A stretch of 64,000 nt of DNA from Torpedo marmorata (lineage: Eukaryota): positions 162,254,001-162,318,000 of the forward strand of contig OZ360222.1 in the NCBI GenBank assembly GCA_977017645.1, in the 5' to 3' direction. The translations under genes were made by a program, and so were the position numbers. The notes beneath the pieces are model-generated. The model was not told the DNA's origin. It searched no databases and saw only the letters and a program-made list of their open reading frames with translations. Shown one piece after another: positions 36,583 through 50,105 of the stretch (position 1 is the stretch's first letter; each line of letters begins with the position of its first letter).

Positions 36583-39577
36583 AACAAGGGGGACTAACAT
36601 CCTTGCGGGTAGGTTTGCTAGTGCTGCTCCGGGGGGTTTAAACTAAATTGGCAGGGGGATGGGAATGAGAGTGTTAGAGCAGATAGAGAGGTGGAGGAGG
36701 ATAAAGGTCATGCGAGAACTGCATGTATAGACAGAAATCAAAGGTTTGTACGTGATAGAAATGTTCTCAGGTGTATTTATTTCAATGCAAGGAGTATTAT
36801 CGGAAAGGCAGACGAGTTTAGGCGCGGATTAGCACGTGGGATTACGACATTATTGCTATGAGTGAGACTGGCAGCTCAATGTTCCGGGGTTCTGTTGTTT
36901 CAGACGTGATAGAGGGGGAGGGATGAAAGGGGGAGGAGTGGCATTGCCAGTCAGGGAAAATATCACAGCAGTGCTCAGACAAAGCAGCCCAGAGGGCTCG
37001 TCTACAGAGGCCATATGGGTGGAGCTGAGGAACGGGAAAGGTGTGACCACACTGATAGGGTTGTATTATAGACCGCCCAATAGTCAGAGAGAATTGGAGG
37101 AGCAAATCTGCAGAGAGATAGCAGACTGCTGCAGGAAACATAAGGTTGTGATAGTAGGAGATTTTAACTTTCCACATATTGACTGGGACTCCCATACTGT
37201 AAAAGGGTTGGATGGCTTGGAGTTTGTCAAATGTGTTCAGGAAAGTTTTCTAAGTCAATATATAGAGGTACCAACGAGAGAGGATGCAATACTTGATCTT
37301 CTATTAGGGAACCAGATAGGTCAGGTGAGAGAAGTATGTGTAGGCGAACATTTTGGGTCCATAATGTCATTAGTTTCAAGTTAATTATGGATAAGGATAG
37401 GTCTGGTCCTCGAGTTGAGATTCTAAATTGGAGAAAGGCCAATTTTGTGGAAATGAGAAAGGATTGGGATAAGTTGTTTTCTGGCAAGGATATGTTCAGT
37501 AAGTGGAAGGCCTTCAAAGGTGAAATTTTGAGAGTGCAGAGTTTGCATGTTCCTGTCAGGATTAAATGCAAAGTTAACAGGCATAGGGAACCTTGGTTTT
37601 CAAGGGATATTGGCGATCTGGTTAAGAAGAAGGGAGAGGTGTATAGCAGGTATAGGCAACAAGGAGCAAATGAGGTATGAGAAGAGTATAGAAAATGTAA
37701 GAAAATAATTAAGAAGGAAATCAGGAAGGCAAAAAGAAGACATGAGGTTGCTTTGGCAGATAATGTGAAGGTAAATCCGAAGGATTTCTACAAGTATGTT
37801 AAGAGTAAAAGGATAGTGAGGGACAAAATTGGTCCCCTCGAAGATCAGAGTGGTCGTCTATGTGTGGAGCCTCACGAGATGGGGGAGATCTTAAACAGTT
37901 TTTTTGCATCAGTATTTACTCAGGAAACTGGCATAGTGTATAAGGAAGGAAGGGAAACAAGCAGTAGTGGCATGGAACATATAGAGATTAAAGAGGAGGA
38001 GGTGCTTGCTGCCTCACAGCGAATAAAGGTAGATAAATCCCCTGGGCCTGACATGATATTCCCTTGGACCTTGAGGGAGACTAGTGTAGAAATTGCAGGG
38101 GCCCTGGCAGAAATATTTAAAATGTCCTTAGCCACGGGTGAGGTGCCGGAGGATTGGAGGGTAGCTCATGTTGTACCGTTGTTTGAAAAAAGCTCCAAAA
38201 GTAAACAAGGAAATTACAGGCCAGTGAGCCTGATGTCAGTCGTGGGTAAATTATTGGAGGGTGTTCTGAGAGTTCGGATATACAAGTATTTGGACAGCCA
38301 AGGGCTGATTAAGGATAGTCAGCATGGCTTTGTGCGTGGTAGGTCATGTTTAACGAATCTTAGAGTTTTTTGAGGAGGTTACCAAGAAAGTAGATGAAGG
38401 AAAGGCTGTGGACGTTGTCTACATGGACTTTAGTAAGGCCTTTGACAAGGTCCCACATGGGAGGTTAGTTCAGAAGGTTCAGACATTAGGTATCCATGGA
38501 GAGGTTGTAAACTTGATTCGAAATTGGCTGAATAGGGGAAGACAGAGAGTGGTAGTGGATGATTGCTTCTTAGACTGGAAGCCTGTGATTAGTGGTGTGC
38601 CTCAGGGATCGGTGCTGGGACCATTGTTGTTTGTTGTCTATATCAATGATCTGGATGATAATGTGGTAAATTGGATCAGCAAGTTTGCTGATGACATTAA
38701 GATTGGAGGTGTTGTGGACAGCGAGGAAGGCTTTCAAAGCTTGCAGAGGGATCTGGACCAACTGGAAAAATGGGCCAGAAAATGGCAGATGGAATTTAAT
38801 GCAGACAAGTGTGAGGTGTTGCATTTTGGAAGGACAAATCAAGGTAGGACATACACAGTAAATGGTAGGGCACTGAGGAGTGCGGAGGAACAAAGGGATC
38901 TGGGAATATAGATACATAATTCCCTGAAAGTGGCGTTACAAGTAGACAGGGTTGTAAAGAAAGCTTTTGGCATCTTGTCCTTCATAAATCAAAGTATTGT
39001 GTGTAGGAGTTGGGATGTTATGGTGAGGCCAAATTTGGAGTATTGTGTGCAGTGTTGGTCGCCTAACTACAGGAAGGATATCAGTAAGATTGAAAGAATG
39101 CAGAGAATATTTACTAGGATGTTGCCGGGTCTTCAGGAGTTGAGTTACAGGGAAAGATTAAACAGGTTAGGACTTTATTCCTTGGAGCGTAGAAGAATGA
39201 GGGGAGATTTGATAGAGGTTTACAAAATTATAAGGGTATAGACAGAGTAAATGCGAGTAGGCTCTTTCCACTTAGATTGGGAGAGATAAATACAAGAGGA
39301 TATGGCTTTCGGGTGAAAGGGGAAAGGTTTAGGGGGAACATTAGGGGGAACTTCTTCACTCAGAGAGTGGTGGGAATGTGGAACGAGCTGCCATCTGACG
39401 TGGTAAATGCGGGCTCACTCTTAAGTTTTAAGAATAAATTGGACAGATACATGGATGGGAGAGGTCTGGAGGGTTATGGAATGGGTGCAAGTCAGTGGGA
39501 CTAGCAGAATGATGTTTCGGCACAGACTAGAAGGGCCAAATGGCCTGTTTTCTGTGCTGTAGCGTTCTATGGTTCTA
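36583..39577 (+). mobile_element. CR1 LINE: ORF1 end plus near-complete ORF2 (APE and RT), frameshifted
   Basis: GTNILAGRFA ORF1 end; YFNARS, GGGVAL, YYRPP, GDFN, QHGF, GVPQGSVLGP, FADD; tail ttctatggttcta. Confidence 0.95.
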
Positions 39578-39965
39578 ACTTACCTGCAGCATGTTCCTAA
39601 TTCTCGGTATTAAACGTGGCACGTTACAATGATGAATAGATTTTCTGCTTGGTTAAACCAAACCTTTTGTCCCACAGATCAATTTTTCAGTTTTGTGCAG
39701 GTGATGGGAGTTGCAGTGGTTGGTTCCACATCAAGGTAATTCCTGGTCAAAACCGTTTACCTGTTCCTCGGCTGTTGCCATGAAGTGCGTTGTTCTCTAT
39801 CAATCAATAGAATATATCCATTATCTTTCTCGGCTAATGTATGTGTTTTGAATACACATTCCTGGAAAATACTGTTCGATTTTCAGGGTGGATTGTAGAT
39901 TTCGGTATGTAGAATTTATTTGCAGATGAAAGATAGTGTTTAATGCTATTTTTTTTCTCTTTTAG

Positions 39966-40117
39966 TTTGGTGTTTGGGAACTGTAATGGTATTGCAATGG
40001 TTGATTACATTCAGAAGACTATACTTTTAAACCTGGGCACAATTGAACTATATGGTTCGAATGATCCTTATCAGAGACAACCAAAGTCCCCTCGCAAAAC
40101 TCGACAAGCCTCAGGAG
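39966..40117 (+). CDS. STXBP5: Tomosyn-1 exon (LVFGNCNGIAMVDYIQKTILLNLGTIELYGSNDPYQRQPKSPRKTRQASG)
   Basis: long polypyrimidine tract then tttag|T, G|gtaagc donor; within ORF 39943..40161. Confidence 0.95.
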
Positions 40118-40969
40118 GTAAGCACAGATATTTTCACTTCCCTAATACCTGTAGGAAGTGAAATAGACTTGATATACTCAATGGATATTGCCACAGAATA
40201 CGGAAGATGAAATCTGTAGTGTGAAAGTATCTGTTTGATATCAGTGCAGTTCATGGCCAGCTATAGGAAGGAAAAATGAAGTACAACAGGTGTTACTGCT
40301 GCTAGAGGAACATTTTCCTTTCAAAAGAAAAATTATCATCATTTTGTGAATTGCTCCTTTATATTGATCCTGAGAATTGGTATGATACAATCTGGTCTGT
40401 ACACAGTATCTGTGGCGTAAAGTTTCTCTGGAATGACCCATGAAGTAAAATCAATGGACAAGGAATTGATTGAAAGAGAGCAAGATATCTTAATGATGCA
40501 AGAGAAGCAGGACTGAATTAAATGTCCAGCCTTTTGTTCTGAAGTTTCTAAGATTATGATGTGGCATTAACAATTCAGATTAATATACAAAAAAGTTAAA
40601 CATTGGGATTATAGATGTGGTGAAAATGCCCTAAAATTAGAGGCAGAGAAAATGTCATTGTCCAAACGAGTAGCAAGTGAAATTCAAGAGGTAAAGCTAA
40701 AAGGAAAAAAAAATTACTGGGTGTAATAAATGACCTGCCTGGTGGAATTTTACAATAATCAAAATTAACAGGCTTGTGAGATCGTGGAATAATTGAGAAC
40801 TGGAAAGATGGAATAATTTCTCAAGGTACAAAGTAGAGTATCCCAGAATTTGTGTCAACAGCTGACAATAATGCTCTCCATTGGCCTCATTGAGAGCTTC
40901 GCACAAAGATCAAGCAATTTATGGCGAGAAGGTTTTTTTTTAAGCTGATGCTGTCACACACCAGTTTAG

Positions 40970-41345
40970 TGCAATTCATGCTGTCCAGCAGCTGAACAGC
41001 TGGCCACATTGAACTGTTCCAGTAAAGTTATCACTCAGGCACCTATCTGACCATGTGGAAAATTATTTGGGTAACTCCTAATCATAAAAACTTAGACAAA
41101 TCCAGTTCAACTAATTACCGTGCAGTCAGTTTGCCCTCAATCATTGGTGAAGTGATTAAAAAGTGTTTCCAGCAGTGCCATCGAGCAGCATTTACAGTAC
41201 TTCTCATTTAACTGCTCACCATTGCTCATTTTAAGTTTCACGAAGATCACTCAGCTGTACAGCTCCTCACAGCCTTCGTTCACACATCCCAGAAATGAGA
41301 TGGGAGGGAATACACCTGAAATAAATGCAGCATGGGACACAGTGA
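40970..41345 (+). mobile_element. Old LINE RT fragment (CR1/L2 group)
   Basis: MWKII.VTP.HK…NYRAVSLPSII motif. Confidence 0.55.
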
Positions 41346-42451
41346 GAAGTTGTGAAAAAAATGGACTAAAGCAATGGAGTTCATCAGAAGGGCTGAACTT
41401 GCTGAGACTCCACTGCAAGTCTCTGGGAAGTAGACATTGATCCTATGGCATTTCAGGTGTGCCACAAGCTCGAAGACCTCAATGATTTAAATGGGGTTTC
41501 CAGGCATAGATTGAGGAAGCAACATAAAAGATGAGTTGCTTTTTCAAATTATTCTGTTATATTTAACTGTTTCCAACTTTTTTCACCTCGTTTGTTCATT
41601 TGGAATTTTTTTCGATTTCAATTTGAGTCATTTCCAAATAAATATTAGGCTCAGAGACATTTTTAAAAATATTTAAAATCATTGGCATCCTTGACAGAAG
41701 ACAAATCTCTGCCCCTATCTTTGCTTTCCAACGAGACATTTCTGGAGCCTGCACTTCCTGTAACCCAGTGTTATCTGAACCTCCCCACTGTCCTTCTCCA
41801 TGTGGAGCCAGAGTGTGGGCCCTCAATGCAAGGGGAGCCAGCAATTCCAAGTGGCATGGGATCGGGTCAGCACAATGAGAGCAAATGCCTATTGAAACTT
41901 TCTGGTCCAACATTCTGTGGTCCAGCAATTCCCTTGGTCCAGCATGTTTGGAATCTATATTACAGATCTGAACTACTTCTAAGTAATCTAAAATTAACTA
42001 AGATCTGTACTAACATGGCTAATTAACTCAACAGTGCAACTTTTATCATCTTAGCCAACAGCGTTTCTGATTAACAGAAACTTCGGGGAATGGATAGTTC
42101 TTGGAACCTTTGCATCACCCCAGGAAGTTTCTATATTTGGAAAGAACAGTTCTTCTGCTCAGAGGAAGATGATCAGGCGCAATTTCTGTCGTGGTACCAG
42201 ACTAGAATTTCAACCTGCAGTAACAATTTTAACTTTCTGAACATTATCCAAGGTCTATGCAGTGCTGATTAAGGTTTAAGCTGAAATATAAATATGAATT
42301 TTAATAATGTGTCCATAACTAATGTAATGAAGTGTAGGGTCTTTGTGGATTTTACACTGGCAGAACTAAATGGCATAAATTTGCATGAAATGATTTATTT
42401 TGTTTGTAATGGAGAAATCTGCAAAAAATGCACCATATGGAGGATGCTAAA

Positions 42452-43372
42452 TCATCAGAATCAGAATTTATTGTCATGAACAAGTCATGAAATTCGGTGT
42501 TTTGTGGCAGCATCATAGTGCAATTAACATTCACATTAACCATCTTACGACATTACTATAAAAATTATAAATAATAGTGTACGAAAAGTAAGGCAGTGTC
42601 TTTGGTTCATTGATTATTCAGGAATCTGATGGCAGCGGGGAAGAAGCTGTCCTTGTGCCGTTGAGTGCTCATCTTCAGGCTCCTTTTTCCCGATGGAAGC
42701 AGAGTGAAGAGGGCATGGCCTGGGTGGTGGGGGTCTTTGAGGATAGAGGCTGCTTTTTTAAGACACCGCCTCATGTAGATATCCTTGATGGAGTGAAGTT
42801 TGGTGCCTGTGATGTCACAGGCCGAGCTAACAACCCTCTGGAGTTTACTCTTGTTCTGGGAGTTGGCGCCTCCATACCAGGCAGTGATGCAACCAGCCAG
42901 AATGCTCTCCACGGTACACCTGTAGAAATTTACGAGAGTCTTCGGTGACATACCGAATCTCCTCAGACACCTCACAAAGTATAGCCGCTGACGAGCCTTC
43001 TTTGTGATTGCATCAACGTGGAGACTCCAGGACAGATCCTCTGAGATGTTGACACCCAGGAATTTGAAGTTCTTGACCCTCTCCACTACTGAGCCCTCGA
43101 TGAGGACTGGGTCGTGTTCCCCTGACTTCCTCCTGAAGTCCACAATCATCTCCTTGGTTTTGCTGACGTTGAGCTCAAGGTTGTTGTCGATACACCATTC
43201 AACGAGCTGATCTATCTCCCTCCTGTACGCTTCCTCATTGCCGTTTGTGATTCTGCCGACAACTGTGGTGTCATCGGCAAACTTGTAGATGGCATTGGAA
43301 TTGTGCCTGGCCACACAGTCATGGGTGTATAACGAGTAGAGCAGTGAACTAAGCACGCATCCTTGGGGTGCA
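42452..43372 (-). mobile_element. Young Rex1/Babar LINE 3' fragment
   Basis: uninterrupted 249-aa ORF 42607..43356 (LYSLYTHDC…KFADDTT…KARQRLYF); (attctg)n tail. Confidence 0.92.
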
Positions 43373-44844
43373 ACTTGAAATCATTGGCAGCAACTTGAAA
43401 ATTTTACAAATTAAATTCCGCATGTGGAGAAACTTTGTTACTATCTCACGGAAAAATGACACCTATGTTTGTTCTTCATTATTACCATAAGCTCCAGGCC
43501 AATAGATGTAACTAAAGCTACAGTGGAAAGTTAAATGTAACTTGCTGCAGGTGAATGCTCCACTGTAGGGTATCAATAAACATAATGAATAAAATTATGT
43601 TGTTTTATTCGTTGATTGAATGTATTATTGAGTTTGTGTGGAACAAAAACTCTGCAATATCCTGGATGTGATAGGAACTTAAATACCTAGGTTCAATTTA
43701 AGTCACCCAGGCAGACATTGCAGAGACGTTCTGCAATGCTAATCTGAGCCTTACAATTAAATAGATTGGGGAGTTGAACAAAGGAAACAAAATGGAAATA
43801 GGAAAGAGAAATTATGTCTAAAACATACTTTATTTTAAGCAACAATGTTGGAACAAGGGTCCACAGGTTAAAACCGGTCAAGACTATTAAGTGCTGATGC
43901 CAGGGAAGAATTCTTTGCAGAAAGGTTGGGCAAGACTTGTAATGGATTTAAGTAGGAGATTAGTGATTAACTGAGTCTTGTTCAGGACTGGTGTTTGGGA
44001 GAGTGCGCCAGGTCCAGTGATGGAGCAATGTTTTGGCATTTCAAAAATAAGGTAGGTTTAATTGCACTGAGTTATTTCTATTTGTTTTCTGTTGTACTTA
44101 CAGAATTTTGTTTGAAGAATAATGATAAGAAAATCTATATCTGAGCACACATTTCTTGAAGCCTAGTGTAGCAGTAATCTTATTTGATTTCATCATAATC
44201 CTATAACCACTAAAAATGGAAGGGTTAATGTAATTCTTGAAATCTTTTTGAAAGTTGTACTTAAATGACCCACTTGTTATGTAGAAATCTCATGTTCAAA
44301 AGTGACTTTCAGAATTTTTAAAGTTCAAATTGGTTTCCAACTTCCCAGCCTAATTGTCCTCTCCCAATACAGGACTCTTGGTCGTTGCTATTATAGAGGG
44401 CTTTTGGAAGCAGACATATTTTTAAATGGCCAAACTATAATATCATGAAATCTGCAGCACACTGTTGTTAATTTCATTTTATACTGACTTTCACCTTCTG
44501 TACTCCATAATTTTTACAGCAACTTTCTGAATAACCATGAGTTAGATGGATAGAATGTTTGTTGGCATTTATAATCTTAACTGCCTTACAGCCCTCCAAA
44601 TATCAGCATGTTTGTGTATTTTTGTCAAATGCTCTTTTTCCATAACATATAATTTTCTTATGCATCATGAGTATAGTGTTGAGATCACAAAAAGGTCATG
44701 TGAAAAAGTGATGTCTGCTTTTATTTTCCCATCTTTGTACAGATTGCATTATCTTTTGCTGTGTTCTGAGTTTTGTTCTGCAGGTTTTTACAGCTAAAAG
44801 ATTATTTTGGTGTTGTGCTCTTTCTTTTTCCATTACATCCTAAG

Positions 44845-44928
44845 GCATGCTGACGGTGACTTCTTGCATGTGTGGTCTTTCTAGTTTATATTCTGAGTCT
44901 GTGAAAAGACTTCGTTCTTCATATCTAA
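44845..44928 (+). CDS. STXBP5: Probable alternative cassette exon (GMLTVTSCMCGLSSLYSESVKRLRSSYL)
   Basis: tttctttttccattacatcctaag|GC acceptor, A|gtaagt donor; 84 nt, phase 1-1, no stop; resembles the recalled STXBP5L segment FCMRGLSNFYPDLTKRIRTSYQ at the equivalent position. Confidence 0.75.
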
Positions 44929-45817
44929 GTAAGTTATGATTATACTAATTTCTGTCTTGCTATTTGCTTTCTGATGTTACTAGATAACCTACAAAGCCCC
45001 TTTTTACAATAATACATTGGATGAGTTTTTATGAATATACAGTATTATCTTCATTGATTACATAATGCCTAGACACACTCAAAAGTCATTTTGTCAGTCT
45101 CTGTTGCATGAAAGTGCACTTATAGTAAGCGGTTTTTGAGATGGGCAGCTGACCTTTTGCTGGAGAAAATTTTACTTGACAGAAGAAATGTTCATAGGCC
45201 TTATCACATTGCACCTGGTCTGGTTGACGTCACCCCTGTCTGCATCACACCAGCCACATGCGCTGCAGTGAGTTAGTACCTCCACTGACCTACCAGCTAA
45301 CATTCGGTGTATTCTGTCGTAACATTTTGCTCAGGCTTGTTGATCATTATCATCAACGAAATTGACATATCACTCTAATCTATCATAACTCGCAGAACAA
45401 TGACCAAATGTACAAGTGGACACCCTCAACAGAGCATCAAAAGTTGGACAGTACATTAACATTTTAGCAGGATACATAGTGGCAACTGTACATTGTCAGA
45501 TGCTGATTTTCCCACATTGAAGGGGAATGCTTCATAATACATGAAGTTACTTTGATTCGATAGGAGTTAAACCAGGACAGGTCTGATAGCAGAGTCCAAA
45601 TTGGAAATGATGATAACTTAAATTTCCTTAAAATAGCTTTCTTTTTACATGATCAGAAGGTTAGTCATTTGGTCAATTTTTGACTCGTCCATTCAGAATG
45701 ACAAAGCAACTCACTCCCCTTTCCCATGAAAGGGATCCTGAAATGATTCCACAGTTTTCACCTTCATTATCCGACTAATCATGTACTGATATTTTTTTTT
45801 AAGAACTCTATCTGTAT

Positions 45818-46983
45818 TGTTACGAACTAACAAACCCTGTTAGTACTAACAAAGGAACAGCAATGGAATATGCACCAGACAATGGTAAATTCAAAAATAG
45901 TTTTTATTTAAACTATTAATAACATAACATATCTTACTTATCTCTAAACTTAACTCTAACTTAAACCCCACTATGCGCAAATGTAAATGTGTGTGTGTTA
46001 AAGTTCAAACTATTTCAATTTAAACTTAAATCTGAGAAAGTCAATATTTAAAGTCCAGTTTCCAACTTCTTTTGTTGAACTTCAGGATCCCTTTAAATTG
46101 TGATTCAGAAGTTATTATAAAGCAAGAATGGAATATTCGATTTCTGTCAAACTCACACGTCTGTTGATGAGTAGTCTTTCAGAGATAGTCTTCATACAGG
46201 TTTCCCCCTATCTTGTTAGGGTTACGGAACTGTGATTTTCACAATGATTTCTTTCTTAATCAGGAGTAACATACGGTGACGTCCTCTTTTCTTAGAAACA
46301 ATTTGAAAGTGGTCTTACTTATTTTAAAAGCCACTTATATGGTGTATCTCCTATGATAAGGATAATACACAGAAACAGCACCTCCATTCATTCAGAGATC
46401 ACTGCTCATAAAATGATTCTGCCTTCCAGAATATCAAAGTTCTTCACACCTTAAATCTTTGTTTTTCCAAAGTGTCAGAGTTTCTTCAGTCTGGTGCAGT
46501 CTGGTTCAATCTCAAAATGTCTCTCCTTCAGGAATATATCTCTCTGACATCATGTGACATTACATTACCACAGTTTTAGTTTAATTTTCAAAAGCATTAC
46601 CTCATGCCTTTCTTCAAAATCACTTACATCCACAAAAACATCTGACCTCATCTCTGTCCTAAGATTATAAGTGATTACGACTCCGAATAGTCTGGCACAT
46701 GTCACTCAAATTGCACTTGAATTTGCAACAGCTGCTATCATAAGGCTTTTAAAAACCACACATTGTTCTTAAATCACTTAAATGCACTTCTGTTTCATTA
46801 TTGGCTGTTGTCTTCTTAGACTCGGAGACTGCAAACTGAACTCTCTCTCTCTCTGAGTAATGGGTTTTTCATGCAAATGTGCTGTGACCTGTGTGTGACC
46901 CTGTACCAGCCCACAACTAACCTTACTAAGATATATAATTCTATAATTTAACTTTAAATATTAATATTAACACATCCGTTACA
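45818..46983 (-). mobile_element. Solo LTR (Gypsy- or ERV-type)
   Basis: TGTTACG…CGTTACA termini, 4-bp TSD gtat (45814-45817, 46984-46987), no internal ORF; minus-strand AATAAA near 45905 suggests the orientation. Confidence 0.75.
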
Positions 46984-48889
46984 GTATCTTAAATTTGCCT
47001 TCGACTGGTTTGTACCTGTTCTTTGTTCATAATTTTATAAAAGGAGTATTCCAGAGGAGGTCCATCCCAGAAACTATCCAAAAGTGAAAAGTTGCAGTCA
47101 GAATTTGGAATTATTACTGTTTATATTTGGGATGCTATGAATGTCCTTAAAGATCTAAAAAAAAAAGGTGTCCATGGCATATACCCACATTTAGGGGGTA
47201 AATTGTGCAAAATATCACTTTGATGAAATGAGTATTGCAAGTACAATGGATGTCTGGCAAAACTCTGCAAACCAGACTGATTAACAGTGCTGTTTGGATA
47301 CAAGCACTCTTTATTTTGAAGCTTGCACTGCATTCAGCAACTTCCCTTCCACGGCTTAATGTGCATTCAGCAACTGGAAGGACCCACTCCAGAAATGTTA
47401 TTTAAAGGAGCTCTATAATTTTACGTTAGTTGCAAGTTGATTTCTTCAATGTGTATTGGATGATTTCTGTAGTTTATTTCAAGTTGAAAAAGTTAAAGGT
47501 GGTAGCTGTTGGAGTTTTATGTTGACTTCAAAACTTATGAATTAACTGATTTGAGCATGGCATGGGCATATCACAAGACATTCCACTTGGATACAATATG
47601 AGCAGAGTGCCCACAGAACTAGAAGAGGGAGAAGAGTTCTCAATAGGAAACTATATTTGCTCCTGGTGTTAAAGAAGGATTTTGAGGGTAATCTTGAATC
47701 TCTGCATATATGGCCTGGCTGTGTGCTGCACGGCCTTAGCATGAGTGACAGCAACCTTGGTTAGGTGGCTGACAGGTAATAGAGGGGCAGCCCCACACTG
47801 ACAGGTCTGGGAGGGCATGCATGTTCTTGAGAGGAGCCACATGTTCATGTTCTATGGAACCATGCCAAAGCAGCACTTCAGCATTTATATTTTTGAGATT
47901 CCTGGACCATGTCAACTTCAAGTACCTAAACGTATTCAATTCTACACCATAGATGGCAGAGGCTGAAATTCCATGGCAGCAAGCTGATATTGTTTGATGG
48001 TAGTCTGAGCCTCCACTATGGTAACCTGACATTGAGTGGCTACTGCTTGTCATTGCAGTGGGAATTATCACATTGGCTACCAAGAATTGTTGGTTGGGAT
48101 TGCCATTGAGTTGATGAAATTAGTGATCACTTCCACACTAAAAAAGGATTGGTTCTAACATCTTATTGAAGCCCATGTTGGTGTCAGTAGCCTTCTGTGC
48201 TCCTTGATATTGAATTCAGCAGTTCTGACAGGTTTTCCAATGCACAGTGTTTCATCGTGCATACCCATTGGCTTTACTTTATAGCATGCGCGATGGAAGT
48301 ACTCATCTTAGCCCAATTCAGCAAAACCTTTATCTGGCTTCACCCTCTAAAGCAATGCTGTCCACGTTCTCTTTGTTCCTGCCCTGGCTGCAGACTACTT
48401 GTCTGGTGAGCTCTTTGGGACACATTCAGCCTGGATTCTTTACTCTAAATTACGTGCAGTGTCTGCATCCAAGCCAGTGACTCCATTTGTAAAATTCAGT
48501 GTGTACACCTTTGTTCACCATTGCCAAACCAAGTAGCACTTCTCAGACATCCAGAGGAGAAAGGTGCAGGGTAAGGTTGTGGTGAGGAGAGTGGAGGGAT
48601 GAGTGGGTGAGTATAATGAAGTAAGATGTGAATGCTATCATTCACCAGAGTTGGTGAAGCAGTTGAGGTTGGTGTGAGGAAGAAGATTAGATGTGAGGAA
48701 AATGTTGTCATTCATTGATTCAGCCCCTTATTGGCTGCAGGCTTAGCAATGACTTTTCCAATCAATGACGAGCACACGTTTTTCCTTGCATTTTGGAGCA
48801 AGCAGGCAGACCAGTCCCTCTCCAATTAACTCCTGACATTTACAGTTTTGTTGTCATCTAGTCCTGTAGGAGCAAGAGAAGTGTGTTAT

Positions 48890-50105
48890 TAGTTCAAAGT
48901 TCAAATATATTGTCAGAGTACATACATGATATCACATACAACCCTGAGATTCTTTTTCCTGCAGGCCAGGCAGAGTTTCTATTTAGTGGCAGTGCAAAAA
49001 ACTGTACTCAAGAAAAGATATGTATACAAAAGAGAGAAATATAAAAAAGAAAAAAATGTAAACAAACTGTGCAATGCAGAAAAAATAACCAATAATAAAT
49101 AATGTGCAAAATAAGAGTCCTTAAATGCATCTCTAATTGAGCTTGTTTAGGATTCTGAGGGTGAATAGGTAGCAAATGTTCCTGAACCTGGTGGAACGAG
49201 TCTCATGGCACCTATACCTCTTTGCTGATGACAGCAGCGAGAACAGAGCATGTCCTGGATGGTGTGGATGATTGCTGCTGCTCTCTGAAGACTGCGTTCC
49301 ATGTAGATTTTCTCAATGAAGGGGAGAGATTTGCCTGTGATGTACTGGGCTGTGTCCACTACCTTTTACAGGACTTTCTGCTCAGAGGTATTGGTGCTCA
49401 CATACCAGGCTGTGATGCTGCCGGTCAGCATACTTTCCACTACACATCTGTAGAGGTTTGCCAAGGTTTTCAATATCAATACAAACTCCTGAGTAAGTAG
49501 GAGTAGAGGCGCTGACATGCTTTCTTCACAATGACATTAGTGTGTTGGGTCCAGGAAAGGTCCTCCAAGATAGTGACTCCAAGGAATTTAAATTTGCTCT
49601 CGCTCTCCCTCAGATCCCCAAATGATTACTGGATCTTACACGTCTGTTTTTTCCCTTCCTGAAGTCCACAATTGGCTCCATGGTCTTGGTGACATTAAGT
49701 GCAAGGTTGTTGTTAGTACACCATTCAGCCAACTTTTCAATCTCCCTCCTGTATGCTGACTCATCGCCCCTTTTTGTACAATCCACTACGGTGGTATTGT
49801 CAGCAAATTTGTAGATGGTGTTATTGTCATACTGAGCCACACAGTCATAGGTGTAAAGCGAGTAGAGCAGGGGGCTAAGAATGCAGCCCTGTGGCGCTCC
49901 GGCACTAATGGAGATTGTGGAGGAGATGTTCTTACCAATCCTCACTGATTGTGGTCTGGTGGTGAGGAAATCCAGGATCCAATTACACAGTATTGAGGTC
50001 CAGGTCATGGTGTTTGCTGATCAGTTTTGAGGGGATGACGGTGTTGAATGCCGAACTGTAGTCAATAAACAGCATCCTGATGTATTCGTCTTTGCTGTCC
50101 AGGTA
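48890..50105 (-). mobile_element. Rex1/Babar LINE 3' fragment, same family as 1511-2485
   Basis: [20 protein letters not shown]…KFADNTT in ORF 49610..50008; 3' UTR is the reverse complement of 2230-2485. Confidence 0.9.

Noticed and set aside
47600-48820. Possible old LINE remnants here and at ~50690-51060, ~54540-54900 and ~62160-62480
   Set aside because: Too decayed to assign a family or boundaries by eye; left unannotated.
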